Positions 27,761 through 37,447 are shown, counted from the stretch's first letter. The stretch: 64,000 bases of DNA from an uncultured Rhodobacteraceae bacterium (GCA_947487205.1 CANKVU010000004.1:110000-173999); one strand, 5' to 3'. The notes: generated from the letters alone by a model not told the origin. A program made the numbers and translations.

Positions 27761-28552
27761 TCAGGACAGCAGCGCGTCGGTGAGCAGGCTGTCGGGCCGG
27801 GCGAGGCCGTCGATCACGTCGAAATGGTGGCGGCCGGGCTCCTCCACCAGCTCCGCCTTCCAGGCGCGCGCCAGGTCCCGCGCCTGGTCGAGGAAGGCCG
27901 GCAATTCCGCGCCCCCCACCCAGACCGTCATCGGCACGTCGAGCGCCGGCACCAGCAGCGTCGGGCTTTCCGCCGCCGCCTCGGCCGGGTCGAGGTTCAG
28001 ATCCGCGTTCATCGACAGCTCGGGCAGCGGGCGCAGGTCCCCCAAGGGCGAGATCGCCACGACCCGGGCCAGCCGCCCGGCCACCTCGGCGGGCAGCATC
28101 ACGTCGGCGCACAGCATCCGTGCCACCAGGTGCCCGCCGGCGGAATGGCCCGCCAGCCGCACCGGCACGTCCGGCACCTCGGTGGCCAGCATCGCCACCG
28201 CCTGGGCGATCTGCAGCGTGATCTGCGAGATCCGCGCCTCGGGCGCCAGCGTGTAGGAGGGCATCGCCACCGCCTGTCCCCGCGCCAGCGCGCCCTGCGC
28301 CAGGTGCGACCAGTCGTGGCGGTGGCGCGAGCGCCAGTAGCCGCCATGCACGAAGAGGACGAGCCCCTCGGGCCTCCCCTCGGGCAGGAACAGGTCGGCG
28401 CGCTCCCGCTCGGTCGCGCCATAGGCCAGGCCCAGCCGCGCGCGGGCCCCGATCTCGCCCCGGAACGCGGCCGCGGCGGCCTGCCACATCGCCGACAGCT
28501 TCTCCGATCCCGGCACCGCGCCGGAATTGTCGTAATCCTGGTCCGTGATCAT
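27761..28552 (-). CDS. Alpha/beta hydrolase (arylformamidase/esterase-like)
   Basis: 263 aa from the internal ATG of ORF 27761..28669. It has an HGGYW oxyanion motif and a GHSAGGHL nucleophile elbow. Confidence 0.75.
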   Translation of the reverse strand: MITDQDYDNSGAVPGSEKLSAMWQAAAAAFRGEIGARARLGLAYGATERERADLFLPEGRPEGLVLFVHGGYWRSRHRHDWSHLAQGALARGQAVAMPSYTLAPEARISQITLQIAQAVAMLATEVPDVPVRLAGHSAGGHLVARMLCADVMLPAEVAGRLARVVAISPLGDLRPLPELSMNADLNLDPAEAAAESPTLLVPALDVPMTVWVGGAELPAFLDQARDLARAWKAELVEEPGRHHFDVIDGLARPDSLLTDALLS

Positions 28553-28640
28553 CGTGCCCCCATTCCCCCCGCGCGGTGGCGTGACACCGGGCGGCGGGGG
28601 GATTATGAGCGCCGGGAACGGACGCGGAAAGGACAAATCC

Positions 28641-30119
28641 ATGCACGAGACCACCGATCTGAAATCCATGCTTTCCGATCCGGACCTGCTGACCGGCCGC
28701 GCCTATCTGGGCGGCGAGTGGGCCGACGCCGATGGCGGCGCGACGTTCGAGGTGACGAATCCCGCCCGGGGCGATGTCATCGCCCAGGTCGCCGATCTGG
28801 GCCGGGCCGAGGTGGGCCGGGCCATCGACGCCGCCTTCGAGGCGCAGAAGGACTGGGCGGCCATGACCGCGGCCGAGCGGGGCGCGATCCTGCGCAAATG
28901 GGCCGACCTGATGAAGGAGAACGCCGAGGACCTGGCGAAGATCATGACCGCCGAGCAGGGCAAGCCCCTGACGGAATCGCGCGGCGAGATCAATTACGGC
29001 GCCGGCTTCGTCGATTTCTATGCCGACGAGGCGAAGCGGGTCTACGGCGAGATCATCCCCGGCCATGCCCGCGACAAGCGCATCCACGTCACCAAGCAGC
29101 CCGTGGGCGTCGCCGCCGCGATCACGCCCTGGAACTTCCCCAACGCGATGATCACCCGCAAGGCCGGCCCGGCGCTCGCCGCCGGCTGCGCCTTCGTGGT
29201 GCGCCCCGCGACGCTGACGCCGCTCTCGGCGCTGGCGCTCGGCGTGCTGGCGACCCGGGCGGGCCTCCCGAAGGGCGTCTTCTCGGTCCTGCCGTCGTCC
29301 GACGCCTCGGGCATCGGCAAGGAATTCTGCGAGAACCCCAAGGTCCGCAAGCTGACCTTCACCGGCTCGACCGAGGTGGGCCGCATCCTGCTGCGCCAAT
29401 CCGCCGACCAGGTGATGAAGACCTCGATGGAGCTGGGCGGCAACGCGCCGTTCCTGGTCTTCGACGACGCCGATCTCGACAAGGCGGTCGAGGGCGCCAT
29501 CGCCTGCAAGTTCCGCAATGCGGGGCAGACCTGCGTCTGCGCCAACCGGATCTACGTGCAATCGGGCGTCTATGATTCCTTCGCGGAGAAGCTGAAGGAG
29601 CGGCTGTCCAGGATGAGCGTGGGCGACGGGATGGACGATCCCGATTTCGGCCCGCTGATCGAGGAGAAGGCGGTCGAGAAGGTCGAGGAGCACGTCAAGG
29701 ACGCCACGTCGAAGGGCGCCGACGTGATCTATGGCGGCAGCCGGCACGAGAACGGCGGGCTGTTCTTCCAGCCGACCATCATCACCGGCGCGACCCAGGA
29801 CATGGCCTTCGCCACCGAAGAGACCTTCGGCCCCCTCGCCCCGCTCTTCAAGTTCGAGACCGAGGAAGAGGGCGTCCGGCTGGCCAACGACACGATCTTC
29901 GGCCTGGCCTCCTACTTCTTCTCCAAGGACCATTCCCGCGTGATCCGGGTCAGCGAGGCGCTGGAATACGGCATCGTCGGCGTGAACACGGGCCTCATCT
30001 CCACCCCCGTCGCGCCCTTCGGCGGCGTCAAGCAATCCGGCCTCGGCCGCGAGGGGTCGAGCCACGGCATCGACGAATACCTGGAGATGAAATACGTCTG
30101 CCACGACGTGGACATCTGA
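28641..30119 (+). CDS. gabD: NAD(P)-dependent succinate-semialdehyde dehydrogenase
   Basis: 492 aa from the internal ATG, with GGAAAGGA upstream. ALDH motifs are present (ELGGNAPFLVFDDADL, catalytic Cys in FRNAGQTCVCANR). The N- and C-termini are typical of GabD. Confidence 0.88.
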   Translation: MHETTDLKSMLSDPDLLTGRAYLGGEWADADGGATFEVTNPARGDVIAQVADLGRAEVGRAIDAAFEAQKDWAAMTAAERGAILRKWADLMKENAEDLAKIMTAEQGKPLTESRGEINYGAGFVDFYADEAKRVYGEIIPGHARDKRIHVTKQPVGVAAAITPWNFPNAMITRKAGPALAAGCAFVVRPATLTPLSALALGVLATRAGLPKGVFSVLPSSDASGIGKEFCENPKVRKLTFTGSTEVGRILLRQSADQVMKTSMELGGNAPFLVFDDADLDKAVEGAIACKFRNAGQTCVCANRIYVQSGVYDSFAEKLKERLSRMSVGDGMDDPDFGPLIEEKAVEKVEEHVKDATSKGADVIYGGSRHENGGLFFQPTIITGATQDMAFATEETFGPLAPLFKFETEEEGVRLANDTIFGLASYFFSKDHSRVIRVSEALEYGIVGVNTGLISTPVAPFGGVKQSGLGREGSSHGIDEYLEMKYVCHDVDI

Positions 30120-30141
30120 TCGGTCCGCGACACCGATCCGA

Positions 30142-30165
30142 AGCGGGGCCCTGCGGGGCCCCGCT
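30142..30165. terminator. Hairpin between convergent gabD and the MFS gene
   Basis: A perfect 9-bp stem (agcggggcc / ggccccgct) has a 6-nt loop and a short T-run (gtcgttt) on the plus side. Confidence 0.55.
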
Positions 30166-30171
30166 GTCGTT

Positions 30172-31452
30172 TCAGCCCGCGCGGTGGGCCACCCGGCTCG
30201 TGGTCATGTCGAACACCCCGTAGGCCGCCACCACCAGGAAGCAGGCCGCCGGCACCACGTAGGACAAGGTCGCCCCGAAGGCGTCGATCATCGCCCCCTG
30301 CACCATCGGCATGAGCGCGCCGCCCAGGATCGCCATGACGAGGCCCGCGGCGCCGAACTTGGTGTCCTCGCCAAGCCCCTCGAGCGCGATGCCGTAGATG
30401 GTCGGGAACATGAGCGACAGGCACGCGGACAGCGCCACCACCGCCCAGACGCCGGCAATGGTGGGCGTCAGCACCGCAAAGAGCGACAGCGCCGTGCCCG
30501 ACAGCGCCAGGATCGCCAGGAGCAGCGCCGGGTTCACGTAGCCCATCACCCACACCATCACGAAGCGCGAGATCAGGAACACGATCAGGCTCGCCTGCAG
30601 GTACCACCCCGCCGGCCCCGGCTCGATCCCGAGCGCCGCGCCGGCATACTGGATCGTGTAGGTCCAGATGCAGGTCTGCGCGGCCACGTTGAAGAATTGC
30701 GCGATCACCCCGAACGCGTAATGCCGGTTCGACAGCAGCCGGCGGAACGTGCCCGCCGACATCGGGCCGGGGCCCGCCGCCTCGTCGCGCGCCCGCATCG
30801 GGATGACCGCGACGGCGATCCAGATCGCCAGCATGACGCAGGCATAGCCCACATAGGGGACCATCACCGCCTGCAGTTCCTCGGAGCGCACGGCGACCAG
30901 TTCGGCCTGGCTCATCGCCGCGCGTTCGGCATCCGTCGCGGTGTTGAGGTTCGGCAGGATCAGCGCCGCCGACAGGAACACGCCGATATTGGTGCCAACC
31001 GGGTTGAACGCCTGGGCGAAGTTCAACCGCCGGGTCGCGTTCTCCTCCGGTCCCATGGCGATGACGAAGGGGTTGGCCGATGTCTCCAGGATCGACAATC
31101 CGCCGGCGAGCGCAAAGAGCGCCAGCAGGAAATACCCGTAGGTCATCGCGACCGAGGCGGGATAGAACAGGAACGCCCCCGCGATCGCCAGGCCCAGACC
31201 CAGCAGCACCCCGGTCTTGTAGCTGAAGCGGCGGTTGATGAAGGCCGCGGGCAGCGCCAGCAGGAAATACGCCCCGTAATAGGAGAACTGCACCAGCGAG
31301 GATTGCAGCGTGCTCATCGAGAAGACGCGGCTGAACACCTGCACCAGCGGGTCGGTCATGTTGGCGGCCACGCCCCAGGCCGCGAAGCAGGTCACGAGCA
31401 GGATGAAGGGCACCTTCATCCCGGGATAGATGAATCGCTTGTCCTCGGGCAT
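30172..31452 (-). CDS. Sugar MFS transporter (FucP/GluP family)
   Basis: 426 aa with 12 TM helices. The N-terminal block is FILLVTCFAAWGVAANMTDPLVQVF…LQSSLVQFSYYGAYFLLALPAA, typical of fucose/glucose-galactose permeases. Confidence 0.75.
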   Translation of the reverse strand: MPEDKRFIYPGMKVPFILLVTCFAAWGVAANMTDPLVQVFSRVFSMSTLQSSLVQFSYYGAYFLLALPAAFINRRFSYKTGVLLGLGLAIAGAFLFYPASVAMTYGYFLLALFALAGGLSILETSANPFVIAMGPEENATRRLNFAQAFNPVGTNIGVFLSAALILPNLNTATDAERAAMSQAELVAVRSEELQAVMVPYVGYACVMLAIWIAVAVIPMRARDEAAGPGPMSAGTFRRLLSNRHYAFGVIAQFFNVAAQTCIWTYTIQYAGAALGIEPGPAGWYLQASLIVFLISRFVMVWVMGYVNPALLLAILALSGTALSLFAVLTPTIAGVWAVVALSACLSLMFPTIYGIALEGLGEDTKFGAAGLVMAILGGALMPMVQGAMIDAFGATLSYVVPAACFLVVAAYGVFDMTTSRVAHRAG

Positions 31453-31521
31453 CGGCTCCCCCCGGTTACCTCAGGGGACCACCATGCAGACGGGGCGGCG
31501 ATACCGCAAACCCCGAGTCCC

Positions 31522-32256
31522 TCAGACGTAGCTCCGCACCAGGGCGCCCGAGATCAGCGTGAAGCCGTCGGCCACCGCGAAGAAGGCGAGCTTGAAGGGC
31601 AGCGAGACGATCGCCGGCGGCACCATCATCATCCCCATCGACATCAGCACCGCCGCCACGACGAGGTCGATGATCAGGAACGGCAGGAAGATCAGGAAGC
31701 CGATCTGGAAGGCGCGCTCGATCTCGGACAGCAGGAACGACGGCACCAGCACCGACAAGGCCGAATCGGGCCCGAGCGCGGCGTCCTCCATCCCCGGCCG
31801 CAAGGTCGCCAGCGCCTCGAACGTGTCCGGGTCGATGCGCGCGGCCATGAAGGCGCGGAACGGCGCCAGCGCCGCGGCCACGCCCGCCTCGACCTCCACC
31901 TCGCCGTTGATCAGCGGGTCGACGCCGGCGGTCCAGGCATCGGTGAACACCGGCTCCATCACGAAATAGGTCAGGAACAGCGCCAGCGTCACGATCAGCA
32001 TGTTGGGCGGCGATTGCTGCAGCCCGATCCCCTGCCGCAGGATCGACAGGACCGTGACGATGAACGGAAAGCAGGTGATCATCACCAGGAGCCCCGGCAC
32101 CAGGCTGAGGACGGTGACGAGCACCAGAAGCTGGATCGAGCGCCCGGCCAGCGTCGCCTCGCCCGCGCCGAGGTCGATCGACAGCTCCTGCCCGAAGGCC
32201 GGCCCGGCAAGGAGAAGGGCGGCGAGGGCCAGCCCCGCCGCGCGGCCGCGTGTCAA
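31522..32256 (-). CDS. fliP: Flagellar export apparatus protein FliP
   Basis: 244 aa with a signal peptide and conserved FliP blocks (TSFTRI-like CFPFIVTVLSILRQGIGLQQSPPN, GFLIFLPFLIIDLVVA). Confidence 0.93.
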   Translation of the reverse strand: MTRGRAAGLALAALLLAGPAFGQELSIDLGAGEATLAGRSIQLLVLVTVLSLVPGLLVMITCFPFIVTVLSILRQGIGLQQSPPNMLIVTLALFLTYFVMEPVFTDAWTAGVDPLINGEVEVEAGVAAALAPFRAFMAARIDPDTFEALATLRPGMEDAALGPDSALSVLVPSFLLSEIERAFQIGFLIFLPFLIIDLVVAAVLMSMGMMMVPPAIVSLPFKLAFFAVADGFTLISGALVRSYV

Positions 32257-32546
32257 AATCCGCTCTCCAGGTCGGCGATGTCGATCAGCCGGACGGCCAG
32301 CTGGCCCGCCTGGTCGCCCTCCAGCTCCTGCAGTTCGCCCCGCGCGATCAGCCTGTCGCCCACATAGAGCTCGACCGGGTCCTCGACCCGTGTGTCGAGC
32401 GGCAGCACCGCGCCCTGCTCGATCCGGAGCAGGTCGCCGAGCTTTGGCCGCGCCTTGCCGACCGAGATCATGATCTCGATCGGCACCTGGGTGAGGGGGT
32501 TTCGGGCGTGCGGCGCGGCCTCCCTCAGATCGGTTTGCTCATCCAT
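32253..32546 (-). CDS. fliN: Flagellar motor switch protein FliN
   Basis: 97 aa with a SpoA domain (VPIEIMISVGKARPKLGDLLRIEQGAVLPLD…VELYVGDRLIARGEL). It overlaps fliP by 4 nt. Confidence 0.88.
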   Translation of the reverse strand: MDEQTDLREAAPHARNPLTQVPIEIMISVGKARPKLGDLLRIEQGAVLPLDTRVEDPVELYVGDRLIARGELQELEGDQAGQLAVRLIDIADLESGF

Positions 32547-33138
32547 TGCTCAGCATCTCCTTGGATTGCGTGTCGAGGGCGGCGAGCGCGTCGGCCAGCC
32601 CGCGTTCGAGCCCGGCCAGGTCCAGCTCGCGCTCGATCCGGCCCAGGCGGACATGGTGCAGCCCCGCGTCGAGCCCGGCATCCTCGCGCACCACCAGGGG
32701 GAAATGGACCCGCCCCTCCAGCGCCCGGCGCAGGGGATCGGCGGCGTCCGGGGCGACGCGGATCTCGATCTCGGCGCTGGAGGCATCGGCGGCCAGCGTC
32801 TCGACCATCTCGGTCAGGCGCGCGCCCAGCGTCTCGCGCAGGACGGTGGGCACGATCCGGTCGGCCACCGCCCCGATCAGCGGCAGGAGCGAGCGCAGGA
32901 CATGGGCGCGCGCCTCGTGATAGGTGAAGGTCAGGTCCTGCAGCCGCGCCAGCGCCGCGTCGGTGTCGTCGGCGCGGGCGCGCTCCGCCGCGGCGGTGGC
33001 CTCCGCCCAGCCGGCGGCATGGCCCTTGTCGTAGGCGGCGAGCTTCTCGGCCTCCAGCCGCTCGCCGTCGACGGTCTCCACCGGAACGGGGCCCGAGGAA
33101 TGGCCGAAATCCTCCAGGATCAGCGGTCGCGCGCTCAT
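32539..33138 (-). CDS. fliH: FliH-like flagellar assembly protein
   Basis: 199 aa from the internal ATG of ORF 32539..34734. It overlaps the fliF stop. It lies between fliF and fliN, and its Ala/Glu-rich N-terminal half (…AYDKGHAAGWAEA…) resembles FliH. The call rests on context and weak motifs. Confidence 0.5.
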   Translation of the reverse strand: MSARPLILEDFGHSSGPVPVETVDGERLEAEKLAAYDKGHAAGWAEATAAAERARADDTDAALARLQDLTFTYHEARAHVLRSLLPLIGAVADRIVPTVLRETLGARLTEMVETLAADASSAEIEIRVAPDAADPLRRALEGRVHFPLVVREDAGLDAGLHHVRLGRIERELDLAGLERGLADALAALDTQSKEMLSNG

Positions 33139-34718
33139 GCCTTCTCCTCGTCTTCCATCCAGGATTTCAGGATCTGCAGCGATTCGTCCTGCCGCGCGTC
33201 GATCAGCTGGCGCAGCCGTTCGACCGCGCTGTCGGTGTCGCTCTGGCCGCGGCCCCGATCGGCCATCACGTCGGGCAGGTTGGCGGGCATGTTCGCCGGG
33301 TCGATCTCGCCCGACAGCGCCCGGATCTGCGGCTGACCGGCCGCCGGTCCCTCGAGTTCCTCCACCCCGGCCTCGTCGCGGCGGGCGAAGATCGGCCGGA
33401 TCACGAACAGCGCGATGACGATCGCCACCAGCGCCAGGATCGCCACCTGGATCAGCCGCATCGTGTCGAGCGGGCCGAAGAATCCCGCCGTGACCGGGCC
33501 CGATCCCTCGATGGGCAGCGCCTCGAACTGCATCGATCGCAGCGACAGCGTGTCGCCGCGCTCGGCATCGAAGCCCACCGCCGCCGAGACGAGCTCGCGC
33601 AGCGCCTCCATCTCGGCCTCGGGGCGGGGCGACCAGGTGGCGGTGCCGTCGGCGCCGGTCTCGCGGATCCCGTCGATCAGCACGGCGGTGGTGATCCGGG
33701 CCACGGCGCCGGGGGCGCGCGTGACCTGCCGCTCGACCTCGGAGACCTCGAAGTTCACCCGCTCGCGGGTCTCGGTGCTCGACCGCGACGACTGGTTCTG
33801 GCCCTCGGCGGCGTCCCCGTCGGGCAGGTTCGAGGCGACGGTCACGTCGCCCTCGCCCGAATCGGACGAGCTCTCCTGCGACTGGCTGGTATCCTGGCTG
33901 ATCGCGACGCGGCTCTCGGGATCGATCCGCCGCTCGCGGATCTGCTCCGATTCGGTGACGGTGTCGACATTCACCTCCACCACCGCCTTGCCGTAGCCGA
34001 CGCGCGCCTCCAGCAGGCGCTCGACATTGCGCTTCAGCGTCGCGGCGCGGTCGGCCCCGCTGGCGGCGACCTGCGGATCGTCCTCGGCCGACAGGATGAC
34101 GCCGCCGGAGGCGTCGATCACCGACACGTTCTCGGGCGACAGGCCGGCCACGGCCGAGGCGACGAGATAGCGCAGCGCCCGCGCCTGCTGCGCCCCGATC
34201 CCGCCCGCCGCGGGCGTCACCGTGACCGAGGCCGAGGCCGTGCGGTCGCGCTGGAACGGCTTGGTGGCGGAATTGGCGATATGCACGCGCGCCGCCCGGA
34301 TCGACGGCGAGGCGACGATCGTGCGGGCCAGTTCGCCTTCCTTGGCGCGCCAATACGCGGCGTCGAACATCTGGCTCGTCGTTCCGAACCCGGTCATCTG
34401 GTCGAGCAGCTCGTAGCCCTGGGTGGCGTCCCCCGGCAGGCCCTCGCTCGCCAGCGTCATCCGCAGCTCGTCGCGCCGGAGCGAATCGACGAAGATCGCG
34501 CCGCCGCGCACCTCGTAGGGCACGCCGCGCGCCTCCAGCGCCGCGACGACCTCGCCGGCGGTGCCGCTCTCGAGCCCGGAATAGAGCAGGGTCAGGTCCG
34601 GCGCGGTGGCCATCCGGGCGATTCCCAGCACCATCGCGAACATCGCCGCCGTCGCGGCCACGACGATCACGCGCCTCTGCACGGAGAGGCCCTTCCAGAC
34701 CGAAATCAGCTGCTGCAA
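33135..34718 (-). CDS. fliF: Flagellar M-ring protein FliF
   Basis: 527 aa with an N-terminal TM segment, a YscJ/FliF domain (LYSGLESGTAGEVVAALEARGVPYEV) and a second TM segment near residue 430. Confidence 0.92.
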   Translation of the reverse strand: MQQLISVWKGLSVQRRVIVVAATAAMFAMVLGIARMATAPDLTLLYSGLESGTAGEVVAALEARGVPYEVRGGAIFVDSLRRDELRMTLASEGLPGDATQGYELLDQMTGFGTTSQMFDAAYWRAKEGELARTIVASPSIRAARVHIANSATKPFQRDRTASASVTVTPAAGGIGAQQARALRYLVASAVAGLSPENVSVIDASGGVILSAEDDPQVAASGADRAATLKRNVERLLEARVGYGKAVVEVNVDTVTESEQIRERRIDPESRVAISQDTSQSQESSSDSGEGDVTVASNLPDGDAAEGQNQSSRSSTETRERVNFEVSEVERQVTRAPGAVARITTAVLIDGIRETGADGTATWSPRPEAEMEALRELVSAAVGFDAERGDTLSLRSMQFEALPIEGSGPVTAGFFGPLDTMRLIQVAILALVAIVIALFVIRPIFARRDEAGVEELEGPAAGQPQIRALSGEIDPANMPANLPDVMADRGRGQSDTDSAVERLRQLIDARQDESLQILKSWMEDEEKA

Positions 34719-34779
34719 GACGACCTCCTGTCATCCCCGGGGCTCCTCCCCGGTCGGTGGCGACATTCTCCGAGGCGGC

Positions 34780-34794
34780 TTAACAATCGGTTAG
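34780..34794. promoter_or_regulatory. CtrA-like box TTAA-N7-TTAG in the divergent fliF/fliL promoter region
   Basis: ttaacaatcggttag was read directly. It differs by one mismatch from the TTAA-N7-TTAA consensus and lies 53 nt upstream of the fliL ATG. Confidence 0.35.
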
Positions 34795-34846
34795 AGGCTT
34801 GGGGTTTATCCCCGCCCCGTCACCGGACTTCACGGGCGAGGGCAGA

Positions 34847-35377
34847 ATGGCCAAGACCGACGGACAGAAAGACGCCGCACCGAAGAAACCCCGCAAGCTC
34901 GGCCTGCTGGTCGGCGCCGCGGCATTGCTGCTGGGCGCCGGCGGCGGGTTCTACGCCGTCCGCTCGGGGCTGATTCTGGGCGGCGCCGAGGCCGCGGCGG
35001 AGGCCACCGCCGACGCGCCCGCAGAGGCCCACGATCCCGCCGGGGACGCCTTCGCGGGGGCGGGCGGGGATGGCGCCGCCGTGGTGTTCCTGCCGGTGGA
35101 GCCGCTGGTCGTCTCGCTCGCCGCGCCCGCGCAGGGGCGCCACCTGCGGTTCCGCGCCGAGCTGGAGGTCGACGCCGCCCATTCGGCCGAGGTCGCGCAC
35201 CTGATGCCGCGCATCGTCGACGTGATGAACGGATATCTCCGCGCGGTCGATCCGGCCCGCCTGGAGGCGCCGGGCGGCCTGGCCGACCTCAGGGCGCAGA
35301 TGCTGCGCCGGGTCGAGCTCGTCGTGGGACGCGACCGCGTCTCGGACCTGCTCGTCATGGAATTCGTACTGAGCTGA
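34847..35377 (+). CDS. fliL: Flagellar basal-body-associated protein FliL
   Basis: 176 aa from the internal Met of ORF 34799..35377. It has an N-terminal TM segment and a C-terminal FliL block (FLPVEPLVVSL…RHLRFRAELEV…LMPRIVDVMNGYLR). Confidence 0.8.
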   Translation: MAKTDGQKDAAPKKPRKLGLLVGAAALLLGAGGGFYAVRSGLILGGAEAAAEATADAPAEAHDPAGDAFAGAGGDGAAVVFLPVEPLVVSLAAPAQGRHLRFRAELEVDAAHSAEVAHLMPRIVDVMNGYLRAVDPARLEAPGGLADLRAQMLRRVELVVGRDRVSDLLVMEFVLS

Positions 35378-35391
35378 AAGGGGCCGGGATC

Positions 35392-35985
35392 ATGAGTCTC
35401 ATCGCCGACATCCTCCTGGCCGGCGGCGCCCTCGGCGTCGCGGTCTATTGTTTCGTCCTCTCGCGCCGGCTGACCCGGTTCACCGACCTGGAACGCGGCG
35501 TCGGCGGCGCCGTCTCGGTCCTGTCCTCGCAGGTCGACGAGCTGACGCGGGCGCTCGAATCGGCGCGCGCGGCGGCGGACGGCTCAGGCGAGAAGCTGCA
35601 GGCGCTGACCGGCCGCGCCGAGGAGGTCTCGCGCCGGCTCGAACTGCACGTGGCCTCGCTCCACGATCTCGAACCGGCCCCAGCCGCCCCCCGCCCGGTC
35701 GCCGACCCCGCCGCCGAATCGCCCGCCGAAGCCGACCCCGCCGAGGCCGAGGCCGAGGATGACGGCCCCGCGCCCGCGGCCTCCTCCGAGCCGATCTCGT
35801 TCAGCGCCCACGCGGCCCGCCAGCCGGCGCCGCGCAAGGTGGCCGCGATCGCGCCCCGATCGGGCACGGTCCGGCCGGTGCCCGCGCCGCTCGCCGAAGA
35901 GCCGCCCGTGACCGCGAAGCCGGCCGCCGCCACGCCGAAGGTGCCCTCCTTCTTCGCGCGCCGCCCCGGGGGGGACGCGAAATGA
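35392..35985 (+). CDS. Hypothetical membrane-anchored coiled-coil protein (flagellar cluster)
   Basis: 197 aa with an N-terminal TM helix, then heptad-like sequence, then a Pro/Ala/acidic low-complexity tail. It sits tightly between fliL and the MotE-like gene. I recognised no family. Confidence 0.5.
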   Translation: MSLIADILLAGGALGVAVYCFVLSRRLTRFTDLERGVGGAVSVLSSQVDELTRALESARAAADGSGEKLQALTGRAEEVSRRLELHVASLHDLEPAPAAPRPVADPAAESPAEADPAEAEAEDDGPAPAASSEPISFSAHAARQPAPRKVAAIAPRSGTVRPVPAPLAEEPPVTAKPAAATPKVPSFFARRPGGDAK

Positions 35986-36587
35986 CCCGCAGGCCCGTCC
36001 GCCGGCGCAAGAGCACGCGCGCCCTGCCGGTCCTGGCCGGCCTCCTGCTCGCCTCGGCGCTGCTGCGGCTCGGCGATCCCGCGGCGATCGCGGGCCTCCG
36101 CGACCTGCTCGACACCGGGCGCGCCCATGCCGCCGACACCCCCGGCGGCGACGTGGACGAGCTCGACACCGTCCTCACGGCCCTGAAGGAGCGGGAGGCG
36201 GCGCTCGACGCCCGCGAGGCGGCGCTCGACGAGCGCGCCGCCGTGATCGCCGAGGGCGAGGCGGCGCTGGCCGCCCAACTGGCCGAGATCGAGGCCGCCG
36301 AGGCGCGCCTGCGCGACCTGGTCAAGATGGCCGACAAGGCGTCCGAGCAGGACCTGACCCGCCTCGCCGCCGTCTACGAGAACATGAAGCCCGCCGAGGC
36401 GGGCCCCCTCTTCGAGAAGATGCCGCCGGCCTTCGCCGCCGGCTTCCTGTCGCTGATGCGGCCCGAGACCTCGGCCGCGATCATGGCCCGGGTCACGCCC
36501 GACGCCGCCTACGCGATCAGCGTCGTGCTGGCCGGGCGCAATGCCAAGAACCCCCCGATCGACGCCGCCACCGGAGAGCAAGAATGA
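35982..36587 (+). CDS. MotE/FlbB-like flagellar protein (MgtE-N-type domain)
   Basis: 201 aa with a signal/anchor, a coiled coil and a C-terminal block (LAAVYENMKPAEAGPLFEKMPPAFAAGFLSLMRPETSAAIMA) resembling the MgtE_N/MotE family. It overlaps both neighbours by 4 nt. Confidence 0.5.
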   Translation: MTRRPVRRRKSTRALPVLAGLLLASALLRLGDPAAIAGLRDLLDTGRAHAADTPGGDVDELDTVLTALKEREAALDAREAALDERAAVIAEGEAALAAQLAEIEAAEARLRDLVKMADKASEQDLTRLAAVYENMKPAEAGPLFEKMPPAFAAGFLSLMRPETSAAIMARVTPDAAYAISVVLAGRNAKNPPIDAATGEQE

Positions 36588-37447
36588 TCGCCATCGTCGG
36601 AATTGTCGTCATCTTCGTCATGGTGTTCGGCGGCTACCTCGCCGCCGGCGGCAAGATGGGCATCATCCTCAAGGCCATGCCGTTCGAGCTGACCATGATC
36701 ATGGGCGCCGGCATCGGCGCGTTCCTCCTGTCCAACAGCGGCGCGGTGGTGAAGCACACGCTCAAGGACATCGCGCGGGTCTTCAAGGGGCCGAAATGGA
36801 AGGCGCAGGATTACCGCGACCTCCTGTGCCTGCTGTTCGAGCTGATCCGCCTGGCCAAGAGCGATCCGCTGGCGCTCGAATCGCATATCGAGGCGCCCGC
36901 CGACAGCGCTGTCTTCGGCCGCTACCCCCGGATCCAGTCCGACCGCATCGCGGTGGAGCTGATCTGCGACACGCTGCGATCGGCGTCGATGAACTACGAC
37001 GACCCCCACCAGGTCGAGGAGGTTCTGGAAAAGCGGATGGACGCGAACCTGCATTCCGCGCTCCATTCCAGCCACGCGATCCAGAACCTGGCCGACGCGC
37101 TGCCCGCGCTCGGGATCGTCGCCGCCGTGCTCGGCATCATCAAGACCATGGCCTCGATCAACGAACCGCCCGAGGTGCTGGGCAAGATGATCGGCGGCGC
37201 GCTCGTGGGCACCTTCCTGGGCGTTTTCCTGGCCTACGGCTTCGTCGGCCCCTTCGCCGCCCGGATTCGCTCGGTGGTGGAGGAGGACGCCCAGTTCTAC
37301 CAGCTGATCCGCGAGGTGCTGGTGGCCAACCTGCACCAGCACAGCCCCAACATCTGCATCGAGGTCGGGCGCCAGAACACCCCCGACCACGTCCGCCCCG
37401 CCTTCGACGACCTCGAAGAGGCGCTGAAGGAGACCAAGGCGGCATGA
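36584..37447 (+). CDS. motA: Flagellar stator protein MotA
   Basis: 287 aa with 4 TM helices and conserved MotA/TolQ/ExbB channel blocks (LPALGIVAAVLGIIKTM, GALVGTFLGVFLAYGFV). Confidence 0.9.
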   Translation: MIAIVGIVVIFVMVFGGYLAAGGKMGIILKAMPFELTMIMGAGIGAFLLSNSGAVVKHTLKDIARVFKGPKWKAQDYRDLLCLLFELIRLAKSDPLALESHIEAPADSAVFGRYPRIQSDRIAVELICDTLRSASMNYDDPHQVEEVLEKRMDANLHSALHSSHAIQNLADALPALGIVAAVLGIIKTMASINEPPEVLGKMIGGALVGTFLGVFLAYGFVGPFAARIRSVVEEDAQFYQLIREVLVANLHQHSPNICIEVGRQNTPDHVRPAFDDLEEALKETKAA

